A stretch of 64,000 nt of DNA from an uncultured Candidatus Saccharibacteria bacterium (GCA_964370865.1 CAYJKF010000003.1:86359-150358), one strand, 5' to 3'. Positions 18,713 through 28,624 are shown, numbered from the stretch's first letter. Made by a program: numbers and translations. The notes: generated by a model not told the origin, from the letters alone.

Positions 18713-19051
18713 ATGGCTAAACTATATGTAGGCAATTTGCCTTATACTTACAATGAAAGTTCAATCCGAGATATGTTCTCAGGATTCCAAGAAATTCAAT
18801 CTGTCAGCTTGATAACCGATAAACAAACCGGTAGAAGCAAAGGATTCGGTTTCGTAGAATTAAGTGATGCAGATGCTGATAAAGCAATCGCAGAACTAAA
18901 TGGAAAAGATATCGGAGGAAGAACAGTAGTCGTATCTATCGCTAGACCTATGGAAGACCGTCCAAGAAGAGATTTCGGAGGCGGAGGAAATAGTAGAGGT
19001 GGTGGATTCGGTGGAGGAAACAGAAGTGGTGGATTTAATAGAAGAGGATAA
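18713..19051 (+). CDS. RRM-type glycine-rich RNA-binding protein
   Basis: RNP-2 LYVGNL and RNP-1 KGFGFVEL. C-terminal RGG/GGF-rich tail. Confidence 0.85.
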   Translation: MAKLYVGNLPYTYNESSIRDMFSGFQEIQSVSLITDKQTGRSKGFGFVELSDADADKAIAELNGKDIGGRTVVVSIARPMEDRPRRDFGGGGNSRGGGFGGGNRSGGFNRRG

Positions 19052-19066
19052 AGAATCGGTTGAATA

Positions 19067-19102
19067 CTGTATAAAGGAAGAGGTCGCTTATAGCGACCTC
19101 TT
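19067..19102 (+). terminator. Rho-independent terminator (11-bp perfect stem GAAGAGGTCGC/GCGACCTCTTC plus TTGTTTTTA)
   Basis: Perfect hairpin plus U-run directly after the RRM gene. Confidence 0.7.
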
Positions 19103-19140
19103 CTTGTTTTTATCAAGCAACATCGTTAGACAAGATGCTT

Positions 19141-21921
19141 TTAATTTGGGACGTGAACGGTACCACCACCATCGCTAAACCTTCTTTGTAAAGCTCGGTC
19201 ATTCAAAGTTGAGCAAACCGATAATTTACATATATCAGCTTCAACAGATGAAATCATCTGTTTAAGTCCGGAAGTAAACTTAGTTGTCACGGCATTGCCT
19301 CCGAGAGGATCAGTCCACCATACTTGAGCACCACCTGAATTTGATACACGATTTCGTCCAAAGTAAGTTGTTCTCTTTAAACCTTTAAATGGGGAGCTTG
19401 GCGAATCCCAAGCGGTATTTCCACCTCCACATTCTGCTAAACGTGGCGAATAAGTTCCTGGTATTCTTAATAATCCTTCACATTCCTCTGAGGTATATCT
19501 ATAATCTTTTTGCCAAGATCGAGTAGGATGTCGATATCCAATGTCTATTAATCTTACAGGGTCTAGTACATCCCATTGTCTACCATGCTCGGCTAGCATT
19601 TTTCCAGATGGCGTAGTAATTCTTAAATCACCCTGCCAAATTTCATACGGGTTGAAATATTTAGTAGCAGTTCCTAAACTTTCCAAACAAGCGACATCAG
19701 TCATGTTACGACCCAAAGTATCACTATATACACTATTTGGAAGTCTACTTAATAACGGGTCAGTGAGTGTACAGCTCGCTCCTGGAACTGGAACCATTTC
19801 ATAGCCATTATATGTAGCAATTAGTTTGCCATCTAAACCGCATATATCGTTAAACCGACTTTGTCCACAAAATCTTTTATAGATACCTGGATCTCCAAAA
19901 GTCATCATTCCAGTTAATAAAACGACATTTTTAGGATATAATTTGCTCGCATTTAATCCATTTACATCTACACTCATACAACTTGAGTGGAATATAACCT
20001 CGTGTAAATTATTTAAGATTGCATCACCAGAGTGAGTTCCTTGATGAAATTTATGTAAATGGGTACATACAACCCCAGTTGGACTATATACGGAGGAACC
20101 ATATGGAATATTCACTCCAACTGTTCCAGCTAATTGCGCCATCGGATGGGTTGTGTTTCCAACCAGATCGGATTCATTGTTAGCAATCTCGATTTTATGA
20201 CCCACATGGTCTTCATGTCGAACAAATACAGAATCCTGTTGATCCTGATTATAATACAAATCCATGTGTTCATTGGATATACCAAATGGTATTCCAGCTC
20301 TATCTCCGGGGGAAATTACTCCCGCTGCAGATATAACTAAAGGACTAATAACACCGTCCCCATTTTGATCTATACCAAAATGTCTTACGATATCATTCCA
20401 GTAAATATAACTTTGCGGATTTGAACCATGTTCATGACCAAAATAACATCTACCACTTCCTGTAATTGGGTTTGTAACGACTGGCGGATGCCAGGTAGGG
20501 TATTTTAGTCCATCATAAGCAACTACATAGTATTGATTATGAGCATCGACTACATTTGTACCATCGTCACATTTATCATATCGACTATTTGGTATATTTT
20601 TTCCATTTGGGCCCCAAGCCATCATTGCCATACTCTCACCTGCAACAGGCTCCATTCCTCCAATATGCGTTGGCATTGGAGTCGGTGTAGGAGTAATTAC
20701 TGGAGTTACCGTAACTACTGGAGTTGGAGTTATCATAGGTGTGGGAGTTGGAGTTGGGCTAGCAGTACCAGATTCTGTTACTAAAAAATCATCTACAACT
20801 GACTCTCCATCAAACCCAAAATTACGTATACCAAGATAAACGCCTGAAGATAATTCAGATGACGTGAAAGACTTTGTTACCTTAATTTGTTGCCAATTGC
20901 TGTCTACCTTGTTTACAGATAACGCCTGACCAAAATCAGAACTACCCAAATCCTTATATTTACTTAAACGTAGAGTAGGAACACCCCAGCTTGTACCAGC
21001 TTTTGAGACCTTAACGTAGGCTGAAAAGACATATGCCTGATTTTCTTTTAATTTCGAAGCGATATTTTGTGAAATATATGCTGATGTATTAGTCAATTTG
21101 GCAGCATTTGTTCCCGAATGAGCTGTTTGAACTACAGATGTTCCAGATACTTGCCATCCTGTTAAAGAATTTTCAAAACCTGGATTTGTTATTTCTTGTG
21201 TACCACTAGGAGTTGGTGTTGGAACGGGTGTCGGAGTAGATGTTGGAACCGGCGTTGGTGTCATAGTCGGTTCTGCCACATTGGAGGAAAACTCAACTAA
21301 TAATTTTGTTTTATCTCCTGTACCTATAAATTTTCTAGCGTAAGGGTTGCCAGTTCCTTTAAGGATAACCATGATGCTTTTTCCAGGTTCCCATGCCTCA
21401 TTATTTACAATTTGTTGGATAGCATTTTCTAATCCACCAACTTTGTACCTCTTTCCAGAAATCCATTTTTCATTTTTTGAATAGGCTAGACTTGAAGAAT
21501 ATGCACTATTATATGAACTTTCAACTCCACTATCAGAATTTTCAACGATCTTTGCTCTAGCTACAAAACTTGTTTCAATCCACTGGTTAGTAGGGGAGGT
21601 AAATTCAATTGAAGCGCCTTTAACTGAAGAACCTTTTACTACTTGAACATTATTAAACATTAAAACGGTATATGAATTATCCTTGCTTTCACCATTTCCA
21701 ATCCATGGGTTAGAGGTTGTCATATTACCAGCATCTTGATTAGATACTGCAACTGAGTTAGCTGATATTTTCTCAACACTTTGTGCAAATATTCTTGAAA
21801 AAAATGGGTTACCGGATGTTTTGAAATCGTATGCAAGAAATGCGATAGCGAGGAGCCCCCAAACAATCATTACGCCTGTCATTAATTTATCGACTTTAGG
21901 TTGTTGAGTTTTCTTTTGCAT
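19141..21921 (-). CDS. Large membrane-anchored secreted modular protein: domain X', PT linker, CBM4/9-like module (near-identical to that of 12008-13699), PT linker, roughly 500-aa His/Cys-rich C-terminal domain of unknown (possibly metal-dependent hydrolytic) function
   Basis: N-terminal TM. CBM QEITNPGFENSLTGWQVSG... C-terminal domain rich in HxH/Hxx motifs (FGHEHG, HEDHVGHK, HLHKFHQGTH). Confidence 0.6.
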   Translation of the reverse strand: MQKKTQQPKVDKLMTGVMIVWGLLAIAFLAYDFKTSGNPFFSRIFAQSVEKISANSVAVSNQDAGNMTTSNPWIGNGESKDNSYTVLMFNNVQVVKGSSVKGASIEFTSPTNQWIETSFVARAKIVENSDSGVESSYNSAYSSSLAYSKNEKWISGKRYKVGGLENAIQQIVNNEAWEPGKSIMVILKGTGNPYARKFIGTGDKTKLLVEFSSNVAEPTMTPTPVPTSTPTPVPTPTPSGTQEITNPGFENSLTGWQVSGTSVVQTAHSGTNAAKLTNTSAYISQNIASKLKENQAYVFSAYVKVSKAGTSWGVPTLRLSKYKDLGSSDFGQALSVNKVDSNWQQIKVTKSFTSSELSSGVYLGIRNFGFDGESVVDDFLVTESGTASPTPTPTPMITPTPVVTVTPVITPTPTPMPTHIGGMEPVAGESMAMMAWGPNGKNIPNSRYDKCDDGTNVVDAHNQYYVVAYDGLKYPTWHPPVVTNPITGSGRCYFGHEHGSNPQSYIYWNDIVRHFGIDQNGDGVISPLVISAAGVISPGDRAGIPFGISNEHMDLYYNQDQQDSVFVRHEDHVGHKIEIANNESDLVGNTTHPMAQLAGTVGVNIPYGSSVYSPTGVVCTHLHKFHQGTHSGDAILNNLHEVIFHSSCMSVDVNGLNASKLYPKNVVLLTGMMTFGDPGIYKRFCGQSRFNDICGLDGKLIATYNGYEMVPVPGASCTLTDPLLSRLPNSVYSDTLGRNMTDVACLESLGTATKYFNPYEIWQGDLRITTPSGKMLAEHGRQWDVLDPVRLIDIGYRHPTRSWQKDYRYTSEECEGLLRIPGTYSPRLAECGGGNTAWDSPSSPFKGLKRTTYFGRNRVSNSGGAQVWWTDPLGGNAVTTKFTSGLKQMISSVEADICKLSVCSTLNDRALQRRFSDGGGTVHVPN
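20768..21200 (-). repeat. Inverted-repeat copy B (CBM module cassette); partner at 12678-13105
   Basis: See copy A. Confidence 0.85.
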
Positions 21922-22027
21922 ATATAGATAAGACTCTATATTAGAGTGTTACAAAAAGTCAACAATAGAAATTTTCAGAGAGGGTTTGCAAAATTGCAAA
22001 TCCTCTCTGGAATCGGTGCTTTGATAC

Positions 22028-22567
22028 TTATTTATCACTAAAGGCTGAAAAGTCATTTTGTAACATCTTGACTGTATTGTCTAAATCTACAAGTGCTTCT
22101 TCAGATTTATCTTCTATATTCTCTATAAGTCTGTCGATATTTGATAATACAGAATCAGATACTTGCTTCAAATCTCCAGTAGCATCATTGTATTGAGCTC
22201 TAAAATTGTCTCTAGAATTTCTTAAATCCTCAAGTGACTCATCTGTTAAAGAATTCTCTGCAATATCTACTCTTAAAGCAATCAATCTTGCTTCAAGCTC
22301 CATTCTAGCGGCTGCTTGCGCTGAGGACTCCTTAATTTCTTGAGTTACCTTATTGAGATCTTCTCCAATATCCATAGTTGTTTCTTTTGTTTCATCAACT
22401 ACGGTTCTGCTCGTATTTGCAATATCTTCATTTAAGTTTGATCCTGTTCTGTTATATGCCATTACTGCGATAGGCAAAGCAATAACAGATAGTACCAAAG
22501 AAATCCATGAGATTAGTGCAACACCTTTCAATCTGTTTTCTAATTGAGTTAAATCCATAATTTTCAC
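22028..22567 (-). CDS. Membrane-anchored coiled-coil protein, hypothetical
   Basis: TM at aa about 15-37. Charged helical remainder. Confidence 0.5.
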   Translation of the reverse strand: MKIMDLTQLENRLKGVALISWISLVLSVIALPIAVMAYNRTGSNLNEDIANTSRTVVDETKETTMDIGEDLNKVTQEIKESSAQAAARMELEARLIALRVDIAENSLTDESLEDLRNSRDNFRAQYNDATGDLKQVSDSVLSNIDRLIENIEDKSEEALVDLDNTVKMLQNDFSAFSDK

Positions 22568-22591
22568 CTCCTATATGTAAAATTAAATAAA

Positions 22592-22622
22592 ATAGATGGC
22601 GATGCGTAGCATCGCCATCTAT
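22592..22622 (-). terminator. Rho-independent terminator (14-bp perfect stem ATAGATGGCGATGC/GCATCGCCATCTAT) for the GlsB-like gene
   Basis: Hairpin followed on the minus strand by TTTATTTAATTT. Confidence 0.65.
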
Positions 22623-22628
22623 TAGTTG

Positions 22629-22892
22629 TTAAGCTTTTACAGCCTTATATAGTACAACCAATATAACCGAACCTAATATGGCTACTAGTACACTGTATAA
22701 GTTAAAACCTGACACACCATCATATCCGAGGAATCTCATTATAAATCCTCCGACAAGTGCTCCTGCAATACCTAATAAAATATTTGTAAGCGGTCCCTGT
22801 TGAGCATCTGTGTTCATCATAATTGATGTTAACCAGCCAACAAGGGCTCCAAATAATATCCAAATTAATAAACCTACCATAGTAAAATTCAC
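22629..22892 (-). CDS. GlsB/YeaQ/YmgE-family (transglycosylase-associated) stress membrane protein
   Basis: 87 aa. GALVGWLTS...GIAGALVGGFI glycine-zipper TM pattern. Confidence 0.7.
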   Translation of the reverse strand: MNFTMVGLLIWILFGALVGWLTSIMMNTDAQQGPLTNILLGIAGALVGGFIMRFLGYDGVSGFNLYSVLVAILGSVILVVLYKAVKA

Positions 22893-23027
22893 CTCCTCAT
22901 TTAAATAATTTACTTATAGAGGAACTATAACGATGCCAAATGTGATTTTTATGAAGGAATTGTAAGAATTAATTAAGTGACAAGGGTATAATAATAAGGT
23001 ATTAAATGATTTGTTATAACAGGCACA

Positions 23028-23702
23028 ATGAAAAACACCATACTAATTATCGAAGACGATAAAGAACTAGCCAAGTACATCCAAACAATATTAATAGAAA
23101 GTGGCCGAAAATCAGCAATAAGTCATACAGGAATGGATGCACTTAAAAAACTTAAGGATGGTTTTGAACCAGACCTTATACTACTGGATTTAGTTCTTCC
23201 AGATATACAAGGTGAAGATCTTGCTCTACAAATAATAAATCTACTACCGTCTACTCAAGTAGTTATGCTTACTTCAAAAGCAGGACCTGAGAATATTGTC
23301 AAAGGGTTCCAACTAGGTGCAACGGATTACATTGTTAAACCATTTAACCGTGAAGAGCTTTTAGCCAGACTAGATGCTAGGCTAAATGACAATTCCAGCA
23401 ATATAATAGTCACTATTCCGTCGTTATCAATTGATAAAGCGAAAGTAGAGGTAAAAGTTAATAACAAAATAATTGACCTGACAAAATTAGAATACAATTT
23501 ATTATTACACCTCTCCAACAATCCAGATAAAGTTTTATCAAGGGAATCTATTCTAAATAAAGTCTGGGATTTTCCACTGGATGTAGAGTCTAGAGTTGTT
23601 GATGTTTACATAGGGTACTTACGAAAAAAATTAAAAAAGGCTGGAGCAAAAGTTACTATCAAATCGGTCAGGGGCTTTGGTTATAAGATCACGAAGATTT
23701 AA
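23028..23702 (+). CDS. OmpR-family response regulator (receiver plus winged-helix)
   Basis: ILIIEDD...DLILLDLVLPD receiver. C-terminal trans_reg_C-like ...VYIGYLRKKL. Confidence 0.85.
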   Translation: MKNTILIIEDDKELAKYIQTILIESGRKSAISHTGMDALKKLKDGFEPDLILLDLVLPDIQGEDLALQIINLLPSTQVVMLTSKAGPENIVKGFQLGATDYIVKPFNREELLARLDARLNDNSSNIIVTIPSLSIDKAKVEVKVNNKIIDLTKLEYNLLLHLSNNPDKVLSRESILNKVWDFPLDVESRVVDVYIGYLRKKLKKAGAKVTIKSVRGFGYKITKI

Positions 23703-24237
23703 ACTGAAAAGTCAGCTTTGATTTATCTTTAGTTTCCAGTAGATTTCCACCACTCTGCCTGAATGCGTTAACAATATTATTCCATCTTAATTTTTGTTCC
23801 TCTTTAGTATCCTTATCCTTTATTGAAGCGACATCCGGCAAATCAATAATCTTCATATTTATAAAATTCTTATCTCTCGTAAAATCAATATTACTTGGAA
23901 TACCCTTAAATAGTGATGCAAATACTTTTAGTTCTTGAAAACCTAAGATAAAAATAGTCAAATCAATTAAAATCGTCTGATTATCGTTAACATCAGATTT
24001 CACTTTGTCGGATTCAGCTAGAGTATTAATTTTCTCAATAACCTCTGTCACTTTAATTGGGGTTAATTCGGTTTCCTTATTAACCAGGTAGTAGAAATTA
24101 CACAGATTATAAAACCTACGTTGTAACAAACTAAGATTTGTATCTAGTTCCTCGCGTATAGCTAATCTTTTAAGTTTAAATAGAAGTAGCTTACACTTTG
24201 TTAGTACGCTATTGAAACCGTGTGTTAATTCAAGCAT
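23689..24237 (-). CDS. Hypothetical protein encoded antisense between the RR and HK genes
   Basis: 182-aa ORF with no + strand ORF in the same interval. No recognisable domain. Confidence 0.4.
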   Translation of the reverse strand: MLELTHGFNSVLTKCKLLLFKLKRLAIREELDTNLSLLQRRFYNLCNFYYLVNKETELTPIKVTEVIEKINTLAESDKVKSDVNDNQTILIDLTIFILGFQELKVFASLFKGIPSNIDFTRDKNFINMKIIDLPDVASIKDKDTKEEQKLRWNNIVNAFRQSGGNLLETKDKSKLTFQFKSS

Positions 24238-24263
24238 ATTACTTTATAATAGTAGGATTAAAC

Positions 24264-26336
24264 ATGAATGTTAAATTTATAACAATTATAGTATTTATTC
24301 TAGGACTTGGCGCATCCTATTTCCTATTTAACCAGAAATTACATATTGGCGATGAACTATTCATTGAAGAGGCCAATAATATTGACAAGGAAATACTTGA
24401 AAGTTTTGGCAACATATATGCAGTATTAGACATTGGAGCGGAATACCTATCTACAAACAATACTGTAGACCAAGCATCTTTTACGAAATTTATAAACGAT
24501 TCGAAAATTTTGGATAATAATCCTGAAATCACAGCATTCGGATATTCAAAATACATTAGTAAAGAAGACTTACCAAACAAACAGGATATTTTGAGTAAAT
24601 ACACAAATACTGATTTTGTTGTCTTTCCGCATACATCAGGTGATGAGGAAATTAGTCCAATACTATTTATTGAACCTAATAATGATATAAATTCTCAATC
24701 GGTTGGCTATAACCTATTTAGCGAGAAAACCAGAATGGAAGCGATGGAATTAGCCAATATGTACAGAGATGCTGTTGTCTCCCATAAACTTTTACTTATC
24801 CAAGATGTAGGAATTAGTGAGCCAACAGGAATAAATGTATATGAACCAGTTTACAAAGATGATCGAAAACTTGATGGTTATTTCTTCGCCCGAATTGAAA
24901 TGCGGGATTTTATAGATAAAACCGTATCAAACAAATATTCAGATATTGAGATGCAAATATTTGAAAGCCCTGACTCAAATATCGATAGTTTACTTTACTC
25001 CTCGGTACCAATCGACACATACAGCAAAGACTTGGTAATCCAATGGCCCACAGCAAAAATTCGTAGCGAAATAATACTTAGAGGAAATATAATTTGGTAT
25101 ATCGACTACAGCACTACAAAATATAATCCAATAAATTGGAATCGTGAGTCTATAATCGCCTACGCATCAACAATAATTATTTCCTTAATGATTTTCCTTA
25201 GTGGTACTGCAATCCAAAGAAAGAATAGAAGATTGCGCAAACTAGAGCAATTACTATTAATTTCAAACGATGATTTTGAAAATTTCAAAAGCAGAAAATC
25301 CGAACTACTTAATGCAGTGAAAGCCGGAATAATAGCAGTAGATGGAGACGGTAATATAATAGAGACAAACGACTCTCTTTATGAACTCCACCTATTTGAG
25401 GAAACCACAAACGAAGCTAAATTTAGCGGGACAAAATTTGTTGAGATACTTTACCAACTTGAAGTACTAAAGAATAATCCTCAATTACCTAGGTTGGTTG
25501 AAGCAATTAATGAGGTAGTTTACTCAAGAGTTTCAACCGAAACATTTGAACTGTCACTTATAACGGAGCAAAGCCAAAGTTGGTATCAAATTACAATTAC
25601 TGCTTTTCCAATTGAGAAGGGCGGGGCAGTTATAACGATTTCTGATATAAGCGAACTAAAAAATCTTCAAAAACAACGAGAAGACTTTATCGGAGTTGCT
25701 TCTCATGAACTTAAAACACCTTTAACTACGATAAAAGCGTATAGCCAAATTTTAAGTAAAAAGTTAAAACATGATGAAAATTTGAGTAAATATACCGATA
25801 GAATTAATACCCAAGTTGATCGGCTTACATTTTTAATTTCACAATTACTAGATGTTAGTCGATTAGTAAATGGAAAACTAACGCTTAATAAATCAACCTT
25901 TAATATTACAGAACTAGTCAGAAATATTTCTAGTGACTATAAATTACTCCACGAAAACGAAATTAACATTCATGCAGATCAAGATATATTTGTTGAGGGA
26001 GATAGAATAAGAATTTCGCAAGTAATCGTAAACTTGCTTAATAACGCTATGAAATACTCTGGGGAAAACAAAATCGACATGTACGTTCTACAAAATGATA
26101 AGTATGTAACAGTTAAAATAAAAGATTATGGGCCAGGGATAAGTGCTGAACATGGAGATAAAATTTTTGAGCGATTCTATCAACCAAAAGGAGCAAATAA
26201 TAATGACTCAGGATTAGGTGTAGGCTTATATATATCCAAGCAAATAATTGATTTACACGATGGAGAAATTGGATTTGAACCACGTGAGGATAGAGGCGCA
26301 ACGTTTTATTTTAGTTTGCCTTTAACTAATGAATAA
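24264..26336 (+). CDS. Sensor histidine kinase (TM anchor, large extracytoplasmic sensor, second TM, PAS-like, HisKA, HATPase)
   Basis: H-box ASHELKTPLTTIKAY. N/G boxes NLLNNAMKYS...DYGPGI...GLGVGLYISKQII. Start chosen at ATG 24264, 13 nt after TATAAT at 24245-24250. The ORF track begins at GTG 24222. Confidence 0.8.
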   Translation: MNVKFITIIVFILGLGASYFLFNQKLHIGDELFIEEANNIDKEILESFGNIYAVLDIGAEYLSTNNTVDQASFTKFINDSKILDNNPEITAFGYSKYISKEDLPNKQDILSKYTNTDFVVFPHTSGDEEISPILFIEPNNDINSQSVGYNLFSEKTRMEAMELANMYRDAVVSHKLLLIQDVGISEPTGINVYEPVYKDDRKLDGYFFARIEMRDFIDKTVSNKYSDIEMQIFESPDSNIDSLLYSSVPIDTYSKDLVIQWPTAKIRSEIILRGNIIWYIDYSTTKYNPINWNRESIIAYASTIIISLMIFLSGTAIQRKNRRLRKLEQLLLISNDDFENFKSRKSELLNAVKAGIIAVDGDGNIIETNDSLYELHLFEETTNEAKFSGTKFVEILYQLEVLKNNPQLPRLVEAINEVVYSRVSTETFELSLITEQSQSWYQITITAFPIEKGGAVITISDISELKNLQKQREDFIGVASHELKTPLTTIKAYSQILSKKLKHDENLSKYTDRINTQVDRLTFLISQLLDVSRLVNGKLTLNKSTFNITELVRNISSDYKLLHENEINIHADQDIFVEGDRIRISQVIVNLLNNAMKYSGENKIDMYVLQNDKYVTVKIKDYGPGISAEHGDKIFERFYQPKGANNNDSGLGVGLYISKQIIDLHDGEIGFEPREDRGATFYFSLPLTNE

Positions 26337-26688
26337 GAAGATTTTGATTTTAGAGGATGATAAAGATATTTCATTCCTATTGACTGATTTACTCGCAACT
26401 GAGGGTTATGAAGTTAAAGCATCGAGTTCAGATAAATTTTTAGAATGGAAGGACTTTAGTCCTGATGTGATTCTTCTAGATTATTGGCTTAATGGTGTTG
26501 ATGGAAAAATATTATATGAAAAGATACGAAAGCATCCTAACTTTAAAAATGCGACAACAATTTTATTATCTGCCGTAAACAACATACTAGAAATAGCTTC
26601 AGAGCTAGATATCGATTATATTAAAAAACCTTTTGATATCGATGAACTACTGGAGAAAATCTCATCGATCTTGACTACTCGTAGCTAA
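26329..26688 (+). CDS. Single-domain (CheY-like) response regulator
   Basis: KILILEDDKDISFLL...VILLDYWL...KPFDIDELL. Overlaps the HK stop by 8 nt. Confidence 0.8.
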   Translation: MNKKILILEDDKDISFLLTDLLATEGYEVKASSSDKFLEWKDFSPDVILLDYWLNGVDGKILYEKIRKHPNFKNATTILLSAVNNILEIASELDIDYIKKPFDIDELLEKISSILTTRS

Positions 26689-26731
26689 ACAAATTATGGT
26701 AGTAAGCGGTATTCTAAAGTTTTTTATTAAC

Positions 26732-28624
26732 TTAATCTTTAACTACAATATCAAAGCTTTGTCTTCCGATTACGAAACCTTGAAGATTTCTGGCTGTAAT
26801 CACAATATTATATTCATTATTGGTTGACCAATCCCATTCATCAAAATCGACCTTGGATTGCTTATATCTAGATGTGGCATCGTTAAGCATTTCAACTTCA
26901 CCATGATTCTCTACATTATATGTAGCGGTGTAAGTGTCTAAATCCATCCCTTTAATCATTATCTTAATTTTCTTTTCACCATTCATGATCTCGGTTTCTT
27001 CGGGGTCAACCAATATTATTTCTACTTCATCTGTAGTGGGAGTTAGCTCCACTCTTGGCGTAGGAGTTGGTGATGGACTAGGAATGATTGTTGGCTCCAA
27101 TTCCGGAACTTTAGGCAAAATAATTTCAGGCGATTCCACTACTATCTCCCCATCCACTCCATCAATATTAAGTCGATTATTCAGCGAAACTATTACAAAA
27201 TAATTACTTTTTGCACCTTTTGCGGGGCTAGTTAGATTTCCTCCCAGGACAACTTCTCCCTTTTCATATCTCCTTTGATAAATATAGAAGGTGGTATCAT
27301 CTGTTGCAATTTCATATTCCGTTTTAGTAAATTCATTTAGCCAAATTGGCAAGGAAGTTGCTCTCGAATCATAAGCTACATATACAAATGACTCCATAAT
27401 TAAATTAAAAGAAAGAAAATTATCCGCTGTCTGATATTTATCAAAATTCACTGTTTGAATTAATTCTTGTCCATTCAATTCCTCTGGAAGGCTAAGAATT
27501 TTATATGTACGATCCCTATAAAACATACTTCCAACCGAAGCTTCTATAAGGGTATAACGGTTCATTGTAGATATTAGACTATCTATAGTGATTGGAGTAA
27601 AAGCATTATTTTTAAAGTAACCTTCAATGAATTCCTGAGAAATTTTAAATTGTGGAGTGTAATTTGTATCTGTGGCTACATTTATTGAGGTGACAGGCTC
27701 CCACTCCCAAAAATTGACCCCGTGAATATATTCTTTATCTTTCCAAAATTCAAAAAAAGCATGATATAAATCTTTTTGTTCTTGCTGATCTACAGCGCCA
27801 GTGACGGTGAAATCCCAAGGTGTTTTTGCAGTTCCATCAAGACTTCTATATCCAATTTCTGTAAAAATTATTGGCTTTGTAATCGAGCTTGTAGCAGGAA
27901 GTAAATATTCATTCTCCCATTTTTGCCATTCAGCGAGCAATTCTTCAGGTGTTGGATCATTATCACTTGCCATAGGTCGATAGAAAGAAATTCCTGCATA
28001 ATCTAAGCTGTCCCAAAAAGGTAGCCTTCTTAACTCATCGAAATTCCAATACTTATCTGCATTTGCACTATAAGTTAAAGATCCAGAATAAATTCCTCGT
28101 ACATCAGTTATTAATTTCTCCCATTCATCAGTGTTATCCGGATTTATTGTAAGTCTTACTAACTCGGCTCCAACACTTAGTTGCTCAGTATTCGTTGCAT
28201 TAGCTATTCTTGCATAAGTCATTATCATTTCATTGTAGTTTTCGAAAAAAGTGGCTTTATCCTCTGGGTCTAAATTTGCCCTCCAGATTCCATTTGATAT
28301 ATCTAAATGAGGTTTTAACATTACCTTCAATCCCAAGTTGTGGGCTTTGTTAATTGTATAAATAACATGTTCATCGGTTGGCGTACCCCATTTTCTGTCA
28401 ACATTAGAACTCGTAGAGTTTGTTGTGAGCCATCCTGGTGATATTGATACGTAGGTTGCACCAATATTCTTTAGTTGTTGAAGTGATTGGTCTATATTTT
28501 CAGTTGATTGGTGATTTAGCCTTAAATTGAATCCTTTTTGCCAATCTTCGATGGCCGCATTTGAAGTGCTAGGAAATAGCAGAAATATAGCAAGTAGGAA
28601 AGTAAAAAGACTTATTTTAGGCAT
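26732..28624 (-). CDS. Secreted clan GH-A (TIM-barrel) glycoside hydrolase, then beta-sandwich domain, PT linker, C-terminal Ig-like domain
   Basis: Signal peptide. Putative nucleophile motif IIFTEIGY. Other (beta/alpha)8-like features. Linker PSPSPTPTP. Confidence 0.5.
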   Translation of the reverse strand: MPKISLFTFLLAIFLLFPSTSNAAIEDWQKGFNLRLNHQSTENIDQSLQQLKNIGATYVSISPGWLTTNSTSSNVDRKWGTPTDEHVIYTINKAHNLGLKVMLKPHLDISNGIWRANLDPEDKATFFENYNEMIMTYARIANATNTEQLSVGAELVRLTINPDNTDEWEKLITDVRGIYSGSLTYSANADKYWNFDELRRLPFWDSLDYAGISFYRPMASDNDPTPEELLAEWQKWENEYLLPATSSITKPIIFTEIGYRSLDGTAKTPWDFTVTGAVDQQEQKDLYHAFFEFWKDKEYIHGVNFWEWEPVTSINVATDTNYTPQFKISQEFIEGYFKNNAFTPITIDSLISTMNRYTLIEASVGSMFYRDRTYKILSLPEELNGQELIQTVNFDKYQTADNFLSFNLIMESFVYVAYDSRATSLPIWLNEFTKTEYEIATDDTTFYIYQRRYEKGEVVLGGNLTSPAKGAKSNYFVIVSLNNRLNIDGVDGEIVVESPEIILPKVPELEPTIIPSPSPTPTPRVELTPTTDEVEIILVDPEETEIMNGEKKIKIMIKGMDLDTYTATYNVENHGEVEMLNDATSRYKQSKVDFDEWDWSTNNEYNIVITARNLQGFVIGRQSFDIVVKD

